A stretch of 63,346 nt of DNA from an uncultured Myxococcales bacterium (GTDB lineage Bacteria; Desulfobacterota; Binatia; UBA1149; SPBQ01): the NCBI GenBank assembly GCA_964478045.1, contig CAYZHO010000002.1, positions 1 to 63,346 on the forward strand, in the 5' to 3' direction. This document shows, one piece after another, positions 17,732 through 26,464 of the stretch; position 1 is the first letter of the stretch; the number at the start of each line of letters is the position of its first letter. The notes beneath the pieces were generated by a model, which made no database searches, was not told the DNA's origin, and worked only from the letters and a program-made list of their open reading frames with translations. A program made the position numbers and the translations under genes.

Positions 17732-18673
17732 ATGATCAGCGCCACCGACATGATCAGCCCGCAGGACGATCGCCGCCACGCACCAGGACCGGAGTCGCTG
17801 CCACTGTGGAGCGAAAGCTATTGGTTCCCCGTCTACGACCCCAAGACTCAGACGGGGGTGGTCACGCGCATCGGCATTTTGCCCAATCAAGGGCGGGCGA
17901 CCTTGTGGATGTTCATCTCTCACGAGGGGCGAATCGTCCACAACGCCACCGACTTGAACTGCCCGCTGCCCCAGGGAGACATCGACGAACTGCGGGTCGG
18001 CAACGTCACCTACCGCTGCCTCGAGCCGCTGCGCAAGTGGCGGCTCACTTACGACGGTGGCGACTACGGCATGGACCTTCTGTGGGAAGCGATATGCCCC
18101 GTCTACCAGTACCCGCCTCCGCCGGGGACGACCGTGGACCAGGCCGCGCGCCACATCGAGCAGTCGGGCCGGGTGCGCGGCACCGTCCGGGTCGCTGGCA
18201 AGGACGTTTCGGTCGACTGCTTCGGTCACCGCGACCATTCCTGGGGAGGCGAGCGAGACTGGTCGAAACTGGCGACCTGGACCTACATCTCGTGTGAGGT
18301 AGACGAGCGCCTCAGCTTCAACGCCGTACAAATCTGGTTTGGGCCGGAGACGAGTTTCAAAGTCGGATTCTTCTGGGACGGCCAAGACGTGATGGGTCTT
18401 TCGGACCTCGGGGCGACCATCCACACGAACGAAGATCGCACCGTGCAGCGCGGCGCCTCGCTGTGGCTGGTCAACGAGAAAGGACAGCGTTACGAGGTGC
18501 GCGGCGAAGTCATCGACGTCTGCCCTGTGCGGATCGGCCCCACGCAGGTAAACGACGCCATCACCAAGTTCCAGGTTGGCGACCGGGTCGGCTATGGGAT
18601 TATCGAGTACGGCTACCAGACCGACGCCGCCGGCAAGCCGGTCGGTGTCGAACCGGCACTAGGACTCGGCTGA
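17732..18673 (+). CDS. Hypothetical protein (313 aa), beta-rich, HRDHSWGGERDW motif
   Basis: ORF 22 nt after the previous gene. Motifs SESYWFPVYDP and GHRDHSWGGERDWS resemble uncharacterised families often adjacent to APH-like kinases. No confident family assignment. Confidence 0.5.
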   Translation: MISATDMISPQDDRRHAPGPESLPLWSESYWFPVYDPKTQTGVVTRIGILPNQGRATLWMFISHEGRIVHNATDLNCPLPQGDIDELRVGNVTYRCLEPLRKWRLTYDGGDYGMDLLWEAICPVYQYPPPPGTTVDQAARHIEQSGRVRGTVRVAGKDVSVDCFGHRDHSWGGERDWSKLATWTYISCEVDERLSFNAVQIWFGPETSFKVGFFWDGQDVMGLSDLGATIHTNEDRTVQRGASLWLVNEKGQRYEVRGEVIDVCPVRIGPTQVNDAITKFQVGDRVGYGIIEYGYQTDAAGKPVGVEPALGLG

Positions 18674-18704
18674 ACAACCGGAAGAGCCGGCGGCCGAGAT
18701 CGGG

Positions 18705-20048
18705 TCAGCCGCCGGCGCCCGCCGGTGCCTGTGCGGACTCGAGATCGTTGTACGCCGTGGCGGTAAAGAAGTCTCCCCGCTTCTTGCAGCCACGAACGGT
18801 TACGAGGAACTGGTGCGAATCCGCGGGAATCGTGCCCTCGAACAGCACGGTCATGCGCGTACCGTCGATCTTCTCCTTGACCGTGAGATCGCTGTCCTGC
18901 GGCTTCTCCTCCATTCCCGGTCCTCTGGACAGCAGGACCACCGGCTTTTCTCCTTTTTTCCACCGCCATACGTAGGCCGGCTCTCCCTTCGTCCCTAGGT
19001 CGAACGTGCGCTCGCGCTGGCCGAGCGCCCAGTAGACCTCCGCCTGGGGACACGTGTTCTCGCCGTCGTCCCAACTGATCAAGAGGCCGATCCGCTGGCC
19101 TTCCCGGACCGCCCGGACCGAAATCGGCTCGTAGTGCTGCATCCAGCCTCCGCGAATGGCCAAGCGATCGAGTTCAACGGGAGTGGCCGACTTCCAAACC
19201 GGTGCGCCGACGTCGTCCGCCAGCTTGCCCGCCACCACTGGAACCGCGCCTCGGCTGGCCTGCTTTACGTCGCGGCGCTCCTTGGCAAAGGACAGTACGT
19301 AGTGCGCGATCGCCCAGCGTTCCTCCGGGGTCATGACCTCTTTCCAAAACCCCGTCATCGGGGTGCCGTCGAGCCCGGTCAGAATGCGCATGTAGATGTC
19401 TTCCGGTTTGTTGCCCCCCTTGTAGACCCCCACCTCGAAACTGCGAGGGTGCAAGGGCTGCCCCCAGTTGTCGAGCATTTCTTCGGGCTTCTTTCCGTCG
19501 CCCTTGCCGGTTTTGCCGTGGCACTGATCACACCCGACTTTGACGTACAGCTCGGCACCCCGCTTGAGTTCCTCGGGGGTCACCGGCGGCTCGGGCGGCG
19601 CTTTTTCTCCCGGCGGGACTTCGTAAAGCTCGAACCAGCTTCCTTCTTCTCCTTCGGGCCCGCCGAGCGTCTTGATGTAGGCAACCACGTCACGAATCGC
19701 TTGCTCGCCGAGATGGCGGAACGACGGCATCCCCGTACCCGGCATGCCGTTGGTGACCGTCCGGATGAGGTCTTCGTCGGTCGGAAGCTCTCCGGTCTGG
19801 GTCGAGCGAATCTTGAAGAGCCCCGGCCGAAAATCACGCGGGCGCGGATCGAAGAGCGCCGCGCCGGGACCATCGCCCCAACCTTTCGAACCGTGGCAAA
19901 ACGCGCAGTGGTGCTCGTAAATCGCCGCCCCAGCTTTCGGATCGCCTACCTCGGCGCGCGCGGCCGCGGCAACGAGGACGCCGAGAATCAGCGCCGCAAA
20001 CGCGCCCGCTAGCAACGGATGACGTTTCGCCCCAACGTTCTTCGTCAT
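18705..20048 (-). CDS. Dihaem c-type cytochrome fused to a C-terminal EB_dh-like (EbdC-related) domain, secreted
   Basis: The ATG at 20048 (ATGA overlap with the chaperone stop) gives MTKNVGAKRHPLLAGAFAALILGVLVAAAARA. Two class-I-like haem sites (CAFCHG, CDQCHG). The C-terminal ~180 aa align by eye with the gamma subunit at 30425-31075 (VREGQRIGLLISWDDGENT versus CHDGSKLYIRLEWKDPTEN). Confidence 0.75.
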   Translation of the reverse strand: MTKNVGAKRHPLLAGAFAALILGVLVAAAARAEVGDPKAGAAIYEHHCAFCHGSKGWGDGPGAALFDPRPRDFRPGLFKIRSTQTGELPTDEDLIRTVTNGMPGTGMPSFRHLGEQAIRDVVAYIKTLGGPEGEEGSWFELYEVPPGEKAPPEPPVTPEELKRGAELYVKVGCDQCHGKTGKGDGKKPEEMLDNWGQPLHPRSFEVGVYKGGNKPEDIYMRILTGLDGTPMTGFWKEVMTPEERWAIAHYVLSFAKERRDVKQASRGAVPVVAGKLADDVGAPVWKSATPVELDRLAIRGGWMQHYEPISVRAVREGQRIGLLISWDDGENTCPQAEVYWALGQRERTFDLGTKGEPAYVWRWKKGEKPVVLLSRGPGMEEKPQDSDLTVKEKIDGTRMTVLFEGTIPADSHQFLVTVRGCKKRGDFFTATAYNDLESAQAPAGAGG

Positions 20049-20725
20049 TTCTTGACCGGTCCCTCCGTCGAGATGAGATAAGTCATATCGGCGCGGCAGT
20101 ACGTATCGGCGAGCTCGATCATCGCACGCCAAAAGGGATGGGCGTCGATCTTTGCGAGCTTCGCAACCGCCTTCGGCAACCACCGCGCCGGGTGCCGTGC
20201 GAGGAAGTCGCGCGCCGCTCGCCGCAGGGACCCCGGATCCTCCCCGTTGCGCAACGCTTCGACTTCTTTGAACGTGAGGAAATGCAGGAACTCCAATTCT
20301 GCCGTCAAGTGATCCGGCAGGTCGCGTTCCTTGGAAGAAATCGTAAGTCCAAAGTACCGGTAGAAGCGCAGGGCTTCCTCCATCACTCGCTGCCGGTCTC
20401 CACCCCAAACGCCGCCGTACAGAGGCACTGGAGGGCCACCCATGCCAACGTCGAACAGGCCGACGTAGGCCGACTGGAACTCGTCGTAGTCTTCGTCGAC
20501 CTTTTCGAGTTCGGGCCACAAGCGGTCGACCCCCTCTAGAGAATACGGAAGGTGAGCGATCACCGAGCGCGCGGCCGGGATCATCTCTCCCGACCGGGCG
20601 AACTCGTGGAAGTCCTGCCACGGAAAACTCAGCCACGAAGCCAGATACTGGTAGAGCGTGCTGCGCGCCGCCGCTGCCCGCTCGGGGCCTTCGCGAATCG
20701 AATCGATGGTTGCGATCTCGGTCAT
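20045..20725 (-). CDS. TorD/NarJ/EbdD-like redox-enzyme maturation chaperone
   Basis: 226 aa. Family-like pattern: YVGLFDVG..GPPVPLYGG, ALRFYRYFGL, LPDHLTAELEFLHFL. GAGGGAGAA RBS. Confidence 0.8.
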   Translation of the reverse strand: MTEIATIDSIREGPERAAAARSTLYQYLASWLSFPWQDFHEFARSGEMIPAARSVIAHLPYSLEGVDRLWPELEKVDEDYDEFQSAYVGLFDVGMGGPPVPLYGGVWGGDRQRVMEEALRFYRYFGLTISSKERDLPDHLTAELEFLHFLTFKEVEALRNGEDPGSLRRAARDFLARHPARWLPKAVAKLAKIDAHPFWRAMIELADTYCRADMTYLISTEGPVKK

Positions 20726-20745
20726 GTTCTCCCTCTTGTTCGACG

Positions 20746-23559
20746 TCAGGCGACGCGTTCGACTTCGACTTTCGTGTCGCGGTCCACTTGCCCGGGTTCG
20801 TAGTGCGCGTACGACCAGCCCAGGTGACCGTACTCTCCCGCCAGTTGCGTGACTTTGAGCGGCGCCGGCGCCAGGTGCTGGTGGCTGCGGCGTCCGGCGA
20901 ACTGGAACGGCTCCCAGGCGTGGTAGACGAGGACGAACCCCGCCGGCATCGTCGCCACCACCTTGGCTCGCGCCCTGACCTCGGTCAAGTCGTTATAGAT
21001 TCGGACTTCGTCATGATCCTCGATCCCCCGCCGCCGCGCGTCCTCCGTTCCGATCAGGACGACCGGCTCGCCGCGCTGCAGGCGCAACATCAAGCGGTGA
21101 TCGCGCCAGATCGCATGAATCGACCAGCGGGCGTGACCGCCCGATAGGGTGAGCGGATAAGGCCCTCCAGCGGCGGGAGGAGCTTTATACCGGGGCAGCG
21201 CTTCGTCGAGCTCGAGGAACCACCGGTGATCCACGTAAAACTGCTGGCGTCCCGTCAGCGTCGGATAGCGCCGGCGCTTCTCGGAAAACCACCGCATCGG
21301 GACAATCGGCTCGTCGGGAGAATAATCCGAGTAGATCCCTGCAGTCCCCCCCTGCTGTCCTAGGCTGCGGATGCGCTGGTGGCCGCGCTCGCGCAGTTCG
21401 GCCAAACTCGTTCCCCGCGACACGCTCGAAACCGACAGAATGAAATCGGCCAGTGCCTCTTCGTCGTCCGCACCGAAACGCCCACCATCGCTGAAGGCAG
21501 CGCCTATCTCATCGAGCCTGCGCGTCTCGCCCAAGTAGTCCCGGTACTCGCGCACGCCTTGCTCTTTCGCCTTGCGGGCAACTCGCTCGGCAAGCCGGTG
21601 GAAGATCCACCACTCGGGACGCGACTCGCCCTGCGGCTCGACCGCTCGATCCGCCAGCGTCACGTAGGGAATCATGCCCGGGATGTACTTGAACCCCACT
21701 CGCTCGTACCAGGCCGCCGCGGGCAAGACGATGTCGCTGGCCAAGGCGGTCTCGCTCATCCGAAAGTCGACCGTTACCACGGTCTCGATCTTCGGCCACA
21801 AGCGCTCGCGCAGGAGGTCGCCGCTACGCGAGTGGCGGAGCACGTTTCCAAATACGGCCAAAGCGAACTTTGGAGTGGGCGCGCGCTTTACCGGAAACCA
21901 CCCGCGGTCGAGAGCCTCGCGAACGTAGGCGTCGACCTCGCGCGGCATGGCCGGATCCCCAAACGCACGGCGCCCGCTGCGCTCGCCGAGCTCGCCGTGC
22001 ACGTAGTGCCACAAGCCCGAAGGTACGAAATAACGGGAGAAGTCGGCAATGTTTTCTTCCGGATCGCGAAAATAACTGCGCGTTGCCAAGAGCAACAGGT
22101 CGACCAGGCCGAGGTCGCGCTGCATGGCCAGCACGGCCAGTCCTTCCATCATCACAAAGGCGCCCGAGCGCCACCCGCCTCCGGTCCTGCCGATGTTGCC
22201 CGTGACCGAAGCCAGTAGAATCTGCGAGCGCTGGAGCAGATCCGAGTGGTAGAACTTGCACGATCCGTACTGGGACAAGATCAGGGCGCGCGGAGCCGAG
22301 GCGAACTCTCGGGCAAAACGCCGGATCGTCCCGGCCGACACTCCCGTAATGCGAGCTGCTCGCTCAGGCGTATATTCGGCATCGAGCCGCCGCCGCAGCC
22401 GGGCCATGACCGGCTCGACTTCGACCCGCCGGCCGTCGCGCAGTCGCACCTTCCAGCGGCCCTCGAGCGCGGGGCGCAACGACCCGAGGGCAAGGCTGTC
22501 CGAGCGCAGCCCGTGGCTGCCCGGAGCGGGCGCAACTCGGCCGCCCGCCTCGTCCCACAAGAAGAATACTTCTTCGCTGCCCCCGTCGACTAGATCAGCT
22601 TCGCGCAGGAATCGGTCGTTGTCGGCCCTGACGAGCAACGGAAGGTCGGTTTGCTCGCGCACGTAGTCGGCATCGTACAATCCCTCAGCCAGGATCACTT
22701 GCACCGCGGCCAACGCCAGGGCGGCATCGGTTCCCGGTCGCGGGTTGATCCAAAGGTCGGCGTGGATCGCCGAAGGGCTGTAGTCGGGCGCGATCGCAAC
22801 TACCCGCCCTCCGCGGTAGCGCAACTCAGTGAGAAAGTGCGCGTCTGGAATCCGCGTCACGACTGGATTGAACGCCCACAGAACGACGTAGTCCGAGCGA
22901 AACCAGTCGTCCGAGCTCCCGTCGGTGTGCGCCGTTCCGAGCGTAATCGTCCCCCCGAAGGCAACGTCCCCGATCATCGCCATCGAGTCGGTAATCGGCG
23001 CGCCGAGCATCTTGAAGAAACGCAACGGCGCCGCCGTATGAGGCCCGAAGTCCATCTCTGGCCCCAGTTCGGCAATCAGGCCGTCGCCCCCGGCCTCGCG
23101 AACGGCCTCGACGATAGCCTCCGCGCAGCGGTCGAGCGCTTCGTCCCAGGATATGCGCTTCCAGCGGCCCTCTCCGCGGCGGCCGATCCGCACGAGCGGA
23201 TACGTGATTCGCGTGGGCCCGATGAACAAGTCGCTCGCGCACGCGCCTTTTTGACAGCCGCGCGGATTGAAGTCCGGGCACTGCCCGCACCCGTCCCCGT
23301 ACGTGCCGGCCTGCTCTTCGCGCCATACGATTCCGTCGCGCACGTAGAGCTTCCACGCACACGCCGACACGCAGTTGGCGTTCGCGTGGGTGCCGTTGAC
23401 CACCCGGTCCCACCTCCACCGCTCGCGATACAAGTCGCGCCAATCTCCGTAGGACGGCGGGACCGAGACCATCGCACGCGGCCGCGCGAAGGCCAAGCGC
23501 GAAAAGACGAGACTCGCCACCCCAAGCGCACCCGCCTTGAGAAAGGTGCGCCGGTTCAT
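20746..23559 (-). CDS. Type II DMSO-reductase-family alpha subunit, EbdA/NarG-like, Tat signal (paralog A3)
   Basis: The listed ORF runs to 24246 through A4. The ATG at 23559 gives MNRRTFLKAGALGVASLV. Motif HANANCVSAC...NPRGC. Blocks EQTDLPLLVR, YPTLTGRQQFYVDH, GGHARWSIH. 937 aa. Confidence 0.88.
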   Translation of the reverse strand: MNRRTFLKAGALGVASLVFSRLAFARPRAMVSVPPSYGDWRDLYRERWRWDRVVNGTHANANCVSACAWKLYVRDGIVWREEQAGTYGDGCGQCPDFNPRGCQKGACASDLFIGPTRITYPLVRIGRRGEGRWKRISWDEALDRCAEAIVEAVREAGGDGLIAELGPEMDFGPHTAAPLRFFKMLGAPITDSMAMIGDVAFGGTITLGTAHTDGSSDDWFRSDYVVLWAFNPVVTRIPDAHFLTELRYRGGRVVAIAPDYSPSAIHADLWINPRPGTDAALALAAVQVILAEGLYDADYVREQTDLPLLVRADNDRFLREADLVDGGSEEVFFLWDEAGGRVAPAPGSHGLRSDSLALGSLRPALEGRWKVRLRDGRRVEVEPVMARLRRRLDAEYTPERAARITGVSAGTIRRFAREFASAPRALILSQYGSCKFYHSDLLQRSQILLASVTGNIGRTGGGWRSGAFVMMEGLAVLAMQRDLGLVDLLLLATRSYFRDPEENIADFSRYFVPSGLWHYVHGELGERSGRRAFGDPAMPREVDAYVREALDRGWFPVKRAPTPKFALAVFGNVLRHSRSGDLLRERLWPKIETVVTVDFRMSETALASDIVLPAAAWYERVGFKYIPGMIPYVTLADRAVEPQGESRPEWWIFHRLAERVARKAKEQGVREYRDYLGETRRLDEIGAAFSDGGRFGADDEEALADFILSVSSVSRGTSLAELRERGHQRIRSLGQQGGTAGIYSDYSPDEPIVPMRWFSEKRRRYPTLTGRQQFYVDHRWFLELDEALPRYKAPPAAGGPYPLTLSGGHARWSIHAIWRDHRLMLRLQRGEPVVLIGTEDARRRGIEDHDEVRIYNDLTEVRARAKVVATMPAGFVLVYHAWEPFQFAGRRSHQHLAPAPLKVTQLAGEYGHLGWSYAHYEPGQVDRDTKVEVERVA

Positions 23560-23573
23560 CGCCAGTCCCTCTC

Positions 23574-26429
23574 TCACACCGGCTCGACCTCGATCGCCGT
23601 ACCGCGTGGCGTGTGGCTCGGTGCCCCGTAGCTCACACGGTAATGGATGTGCCCGTAGCCTCCAGCGAGATGGAGGGGCTTCCAGGGAGAAGCGACCGGC
23701 TCCTGCTGGCCCTTGTGCCGGCGAAACTGGTGTGGCTCCCAGGCATGGTACATGATCACCTGCCCTGGCCGCACCGCTTCGCTCACTTTGGCGAGGCACT
23801 CGAATTCTCCGACGTCGTTGAACACGCGCACCCGCGCGTTGTCCTTGATTCCGCGGGCGCGTGCGTCGCGCGCGTTCATCCATAGCGCCGGCTCTCCGCG
23901 CTGCAAGCGCATCATCAGTTCGTGGTCTCGCCAAATCGCATGAATGGACCAGCGCGTGTGGCCGCCCGTCAGCCGGAGCGGATAGTTTCCGCCCGCAGCG
24001 GGCGGCTCTTTGTGGACCGGCAGGACCTCGCCGGCCTTCACGAACCACTCGTGGTCGATGTAGAACTGCTGGCGGCCGGTCAGCGTCGGCCACGCTTCTT
24101 TCTCGTCGACCTGCCAGGAGTTGGGGTACAGAGGCTCGGCCATGTTCGGATCGCTGCAGATCGCGTTCTCGACCGAGTACATCCCGTTCTTCTCGACCGG
24201 GATGACGCCGCGTTCGAGCGCTTGCTCCCAAGTCTGGCCGCCGCACACTTCGGACTTCTCGAAGATGTACCGCAGCGCTGTGTGCGTATCCTCCGGATCG
24301 AAGCGCCCGCCGTCGCTCCAGCGGTCGAACAGCGTTTTCAAATCGTAATCGCGGCCGTGGGCGTCCTTGACCACGGGGACCCCCCGGGCCCTAGCGCGCT
24401 CCTGGATCCTGCGCGCCAGGCTTCCAAAGATCCACCACTCGTCGCGGCACTCTCCAAGCGGTTCGACCGCCTTGGCCGCCAGTACAATGTAGGGAATGTA
24501 GCTCTGGCAGTACTTGATGCTGTCTTTCTCGTAGTAACCGGCCGCCGGCAGCAGCAGGTCGCTGTAGAGGCCGGTCGTGTTCATTCGGAAGTTGACGTTC
24601 ACAATGAGCTCAAACTTCGGCCACAAGCGCTCGAGCGCGATCTGAGGAGTAGGCCACCGGCGCAACGGGTTGGGCGCGCTGAAGAAGAATACCTTTGGGT
24701 CCTTGCCCGGGGCGGGATAGACAGGAACCAGGCGCTGCTCGAGAGCAATCTTCATCGCCTGCTGGTGATCGATGCCCGCCTGAGGATCGTTGTATTCCGG
24801 CTTGGAGACCACCTCGTCGTAGCCCCCGTGGACGTAGAGCCAGGGCATCAGCGGCGTGAAGAACTCCTCCTCGAATGTGCGCTTGGTAATCAGCTTTTCG
24901 ATCTCGCGTACCGGCGGCCGCCCGATGAACCGGAGCAGCCATTCTTGCCACCACTTGATCTCATAGTTGGCAGCCATCCGTTCGAAGCCGGTCACGCGCC
25001 ACCAGGCGCCGATTCGCAATCCTCCACCGGGCCGGCCCTGGTTGCCCGTCAGCGCCATGAGCAGCGCCAGCGCGCGGTGCATCAGGTCGCTGTGGTAGTG
25101 CTTGCACGCACCCCAGGAGGCGAAGATCATTGCCGCACCGGCTTGGCCAATGTCGCGAGCCATTCGCCGCACGACCGAAGGATGCACGCCGGTGACTGCC
25201 TCGGTTTGCTCGGGCCGATACGAGCCGTTGAGCTGGCGCCGCAGGATCTCGAAAACCGGCTCGACCTCGACCCGGGTCCCGCCAGCCAGCTCTACTTCGT
25301 AACTTCCTTCGAGCGCCGGTACGAGCTTGCCCAGCGCGAGCGTCGGTTTCTTCTTTCCTTGGCTTCCGGGTGCTTCGGCGAGGCGGCCACTGGCTTCGTC
25401 CCAAAAGTAAAAAACGTCGTCACGCCCGCCTCGCTTGAGGTCTTGGGCGCGCAGGAACCGCCCGTTGTCCTTGCGAACGAGCAGCGGCAGGTCGGTCTGC
25501 TCCCGCACGTACGGCCGGTCGATCAAACCTTCTTCGATCAACACCTGCGCCGTGCTCAACGCCAGAGCCGTGTCCGACTCGATGCGGGGATTTACCCAGA
25601 GGTCGGCGTGAACCGCGCTGGCGTTGTAGTCCGGCGCCACGACGATCACCTTGGCGCCACGATAGCGGGCCTCGGTGATGAAGTGCATTTCTGGAATGCG
25701 CGTGTAAACGGGGTTGCCGCTCCAGATCACGATGCAATCGGAGCGAAACCAGTCGTCGCTGGTGCCCTCGCAATTGAACATCCCCCACGTCTGCACGCAC
25801 CCCATCGGCATGTCGCCGACCCCGGCCCAGTCCTCGATGTGGGTGGCCCGCATCAGGTTCGCCAGCCGTAGTTCGCCGCCGGTGCCGGGCCCGAAGTCGA
25901 TGTTGGTGGTGCCCTGGTCGTAGATGACGGTCTCCGGCCCGTGTTTCACGGTGGCGTCGATGATCGCGTCGGCAAACGTATCGAGCGCTTCGTCCCAGGT
26001 GATGCGCTTCCACTTTCCCTCCCCGCGCTTACCCACTCGCTTGAGCGGGTAACGCAGCCTTGAAGGAGAGACCATCAGGCTGCTGTAACACGCACCTTTC
26101 TGGCATCCGCGCGGAAAGAAGTCGGGAGCGCCACCCCGCCCGCCGTGATCGTAAACCTGCGCCTGCTCCTCGCGCAGGGCGATACCGTCTTTGACGTAGA
26201 CGTGCCACGCGCAGGCGGAAATGCAGTTCGCCCTCGTGTGGGAACACCGGGCGACTTTGTCCCACGTCCACTTGGCGCGATAGACGTCCTTCCAATCCCC
26301 GTAGTTGGGCTGCGGCGCAGGCCCACCGGCCGCTTGGCGCGGGCGGGCAAATTCCAGCGCGTTGAGAGCCAGCACCGCAGCTACCGCCCCAGACGCCTTC
26401 AAGAACTCGCGTCGCGTGATCACCGGCAT
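23574..26429 (-). CDS. Type II DMSO-reductase-family alpha subunit, EbdA/NarG-like, Tat signal (paralog A4)
   Basis: The ATG at 26429 gives MPVITRREFLKASGAV. Motif HTRANCISAC...FPRGC. Blocks EQTDLPLLVR, WPTLTGRQQFYIDHEWF, GGHTRWSIH. 951 aa. Confidence 0.88.
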   Translation of the reverse strand: MPVITRREFLKASGAVAAVLALNALEFARPRQAAGGPAPQPNYGDWKDVYRAKWTWDKVARCSHTRANCISACAWHVYVKDGIALREEQAQVYDHGGRGGAPDFFPRGCQKGACYSSLMVSPSRLRYPLKRVGKRGEGKWKRITWDEALDTFADAIIDATVKHGPETVIYDQGTTNIDFGPGTGGELRLANLMRATHIEDWAGVGDMPMGCVQTWGMFNCEGTSDDWFRSDCIVIWSGNPVYTRIPEMHFITEARYRGAKVIVVAPDYNASAVHADLWVNPRIESDTALALSTAQVLIEEGLIDRPYVREQTDLPLLVRKDNGRFLRAQDLKRGGRDDVFYFWDEASGRLAEAPGSQGKKKPTLALGKLVPALEGSYEVELAGGTRVEVEPVFEILRRQLNGSYRPEQTEAVTGVHPSVVRRMARDIGQAGAAMIFASWGACKHYHSDLMHRALALLMALTGNQGRPGGGLRIGAWWRVTGFERMAANYEIKWWQEWLLRFIGRPPVREIEKLITKRTFEEEFFTPLMPWLYVHGGYDEVVSKPEYNDPQAGIDHQQAMKIALEQRLVPVYPAPGKDPKVFFFSAPNPLRRWPTPQIALERLWPKFELIVNVNFRMNTTGLYSDLLLPAAGYYEKDSIKYCQSYIPYIVLAAKAVEPLGECRDEWWIFGSLARRIQERARARGVPVVKDAHGRDYDLKTLFDRWSDGGRFDPEDTHTALRYIFEKSEVCGGQTWEQALERGVIPVEKNGMYSVENAICSDPNMAEPLYPNSWQVDEKEAWPTLTGRQQFYIDHEWFVKAGEVLPVHKEPPAAGGNYPLRLTGGHTRWSIHAIWRDHELMMRLQRGEPALWMNARDARARGIKDNARVRVFNDVGEFECLAKVSEAVRPGQVIMYHAWEPHQFRRHKGQQEPVASPWKPLHLAGGYGHIHYRVSYGAPSHTPRGTAIEVEPV

Positions 26430-26464
26430 CGTCTCGCTCCCTATTGTGCCTTCGCGCCGGCTTG

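Noticed and set aside
18674-18704. Rho-independent terminators at the convergent junctions 9043-9061, 18674-18704 and 38290-38401.
   Set aside because: Only short GC stems are present (e.g. GGCGGC..GCCGCC, CTGCG..CGCAG), and none is followed by a T-tract. They are indistinguishable from background in this GC-rich sequence.
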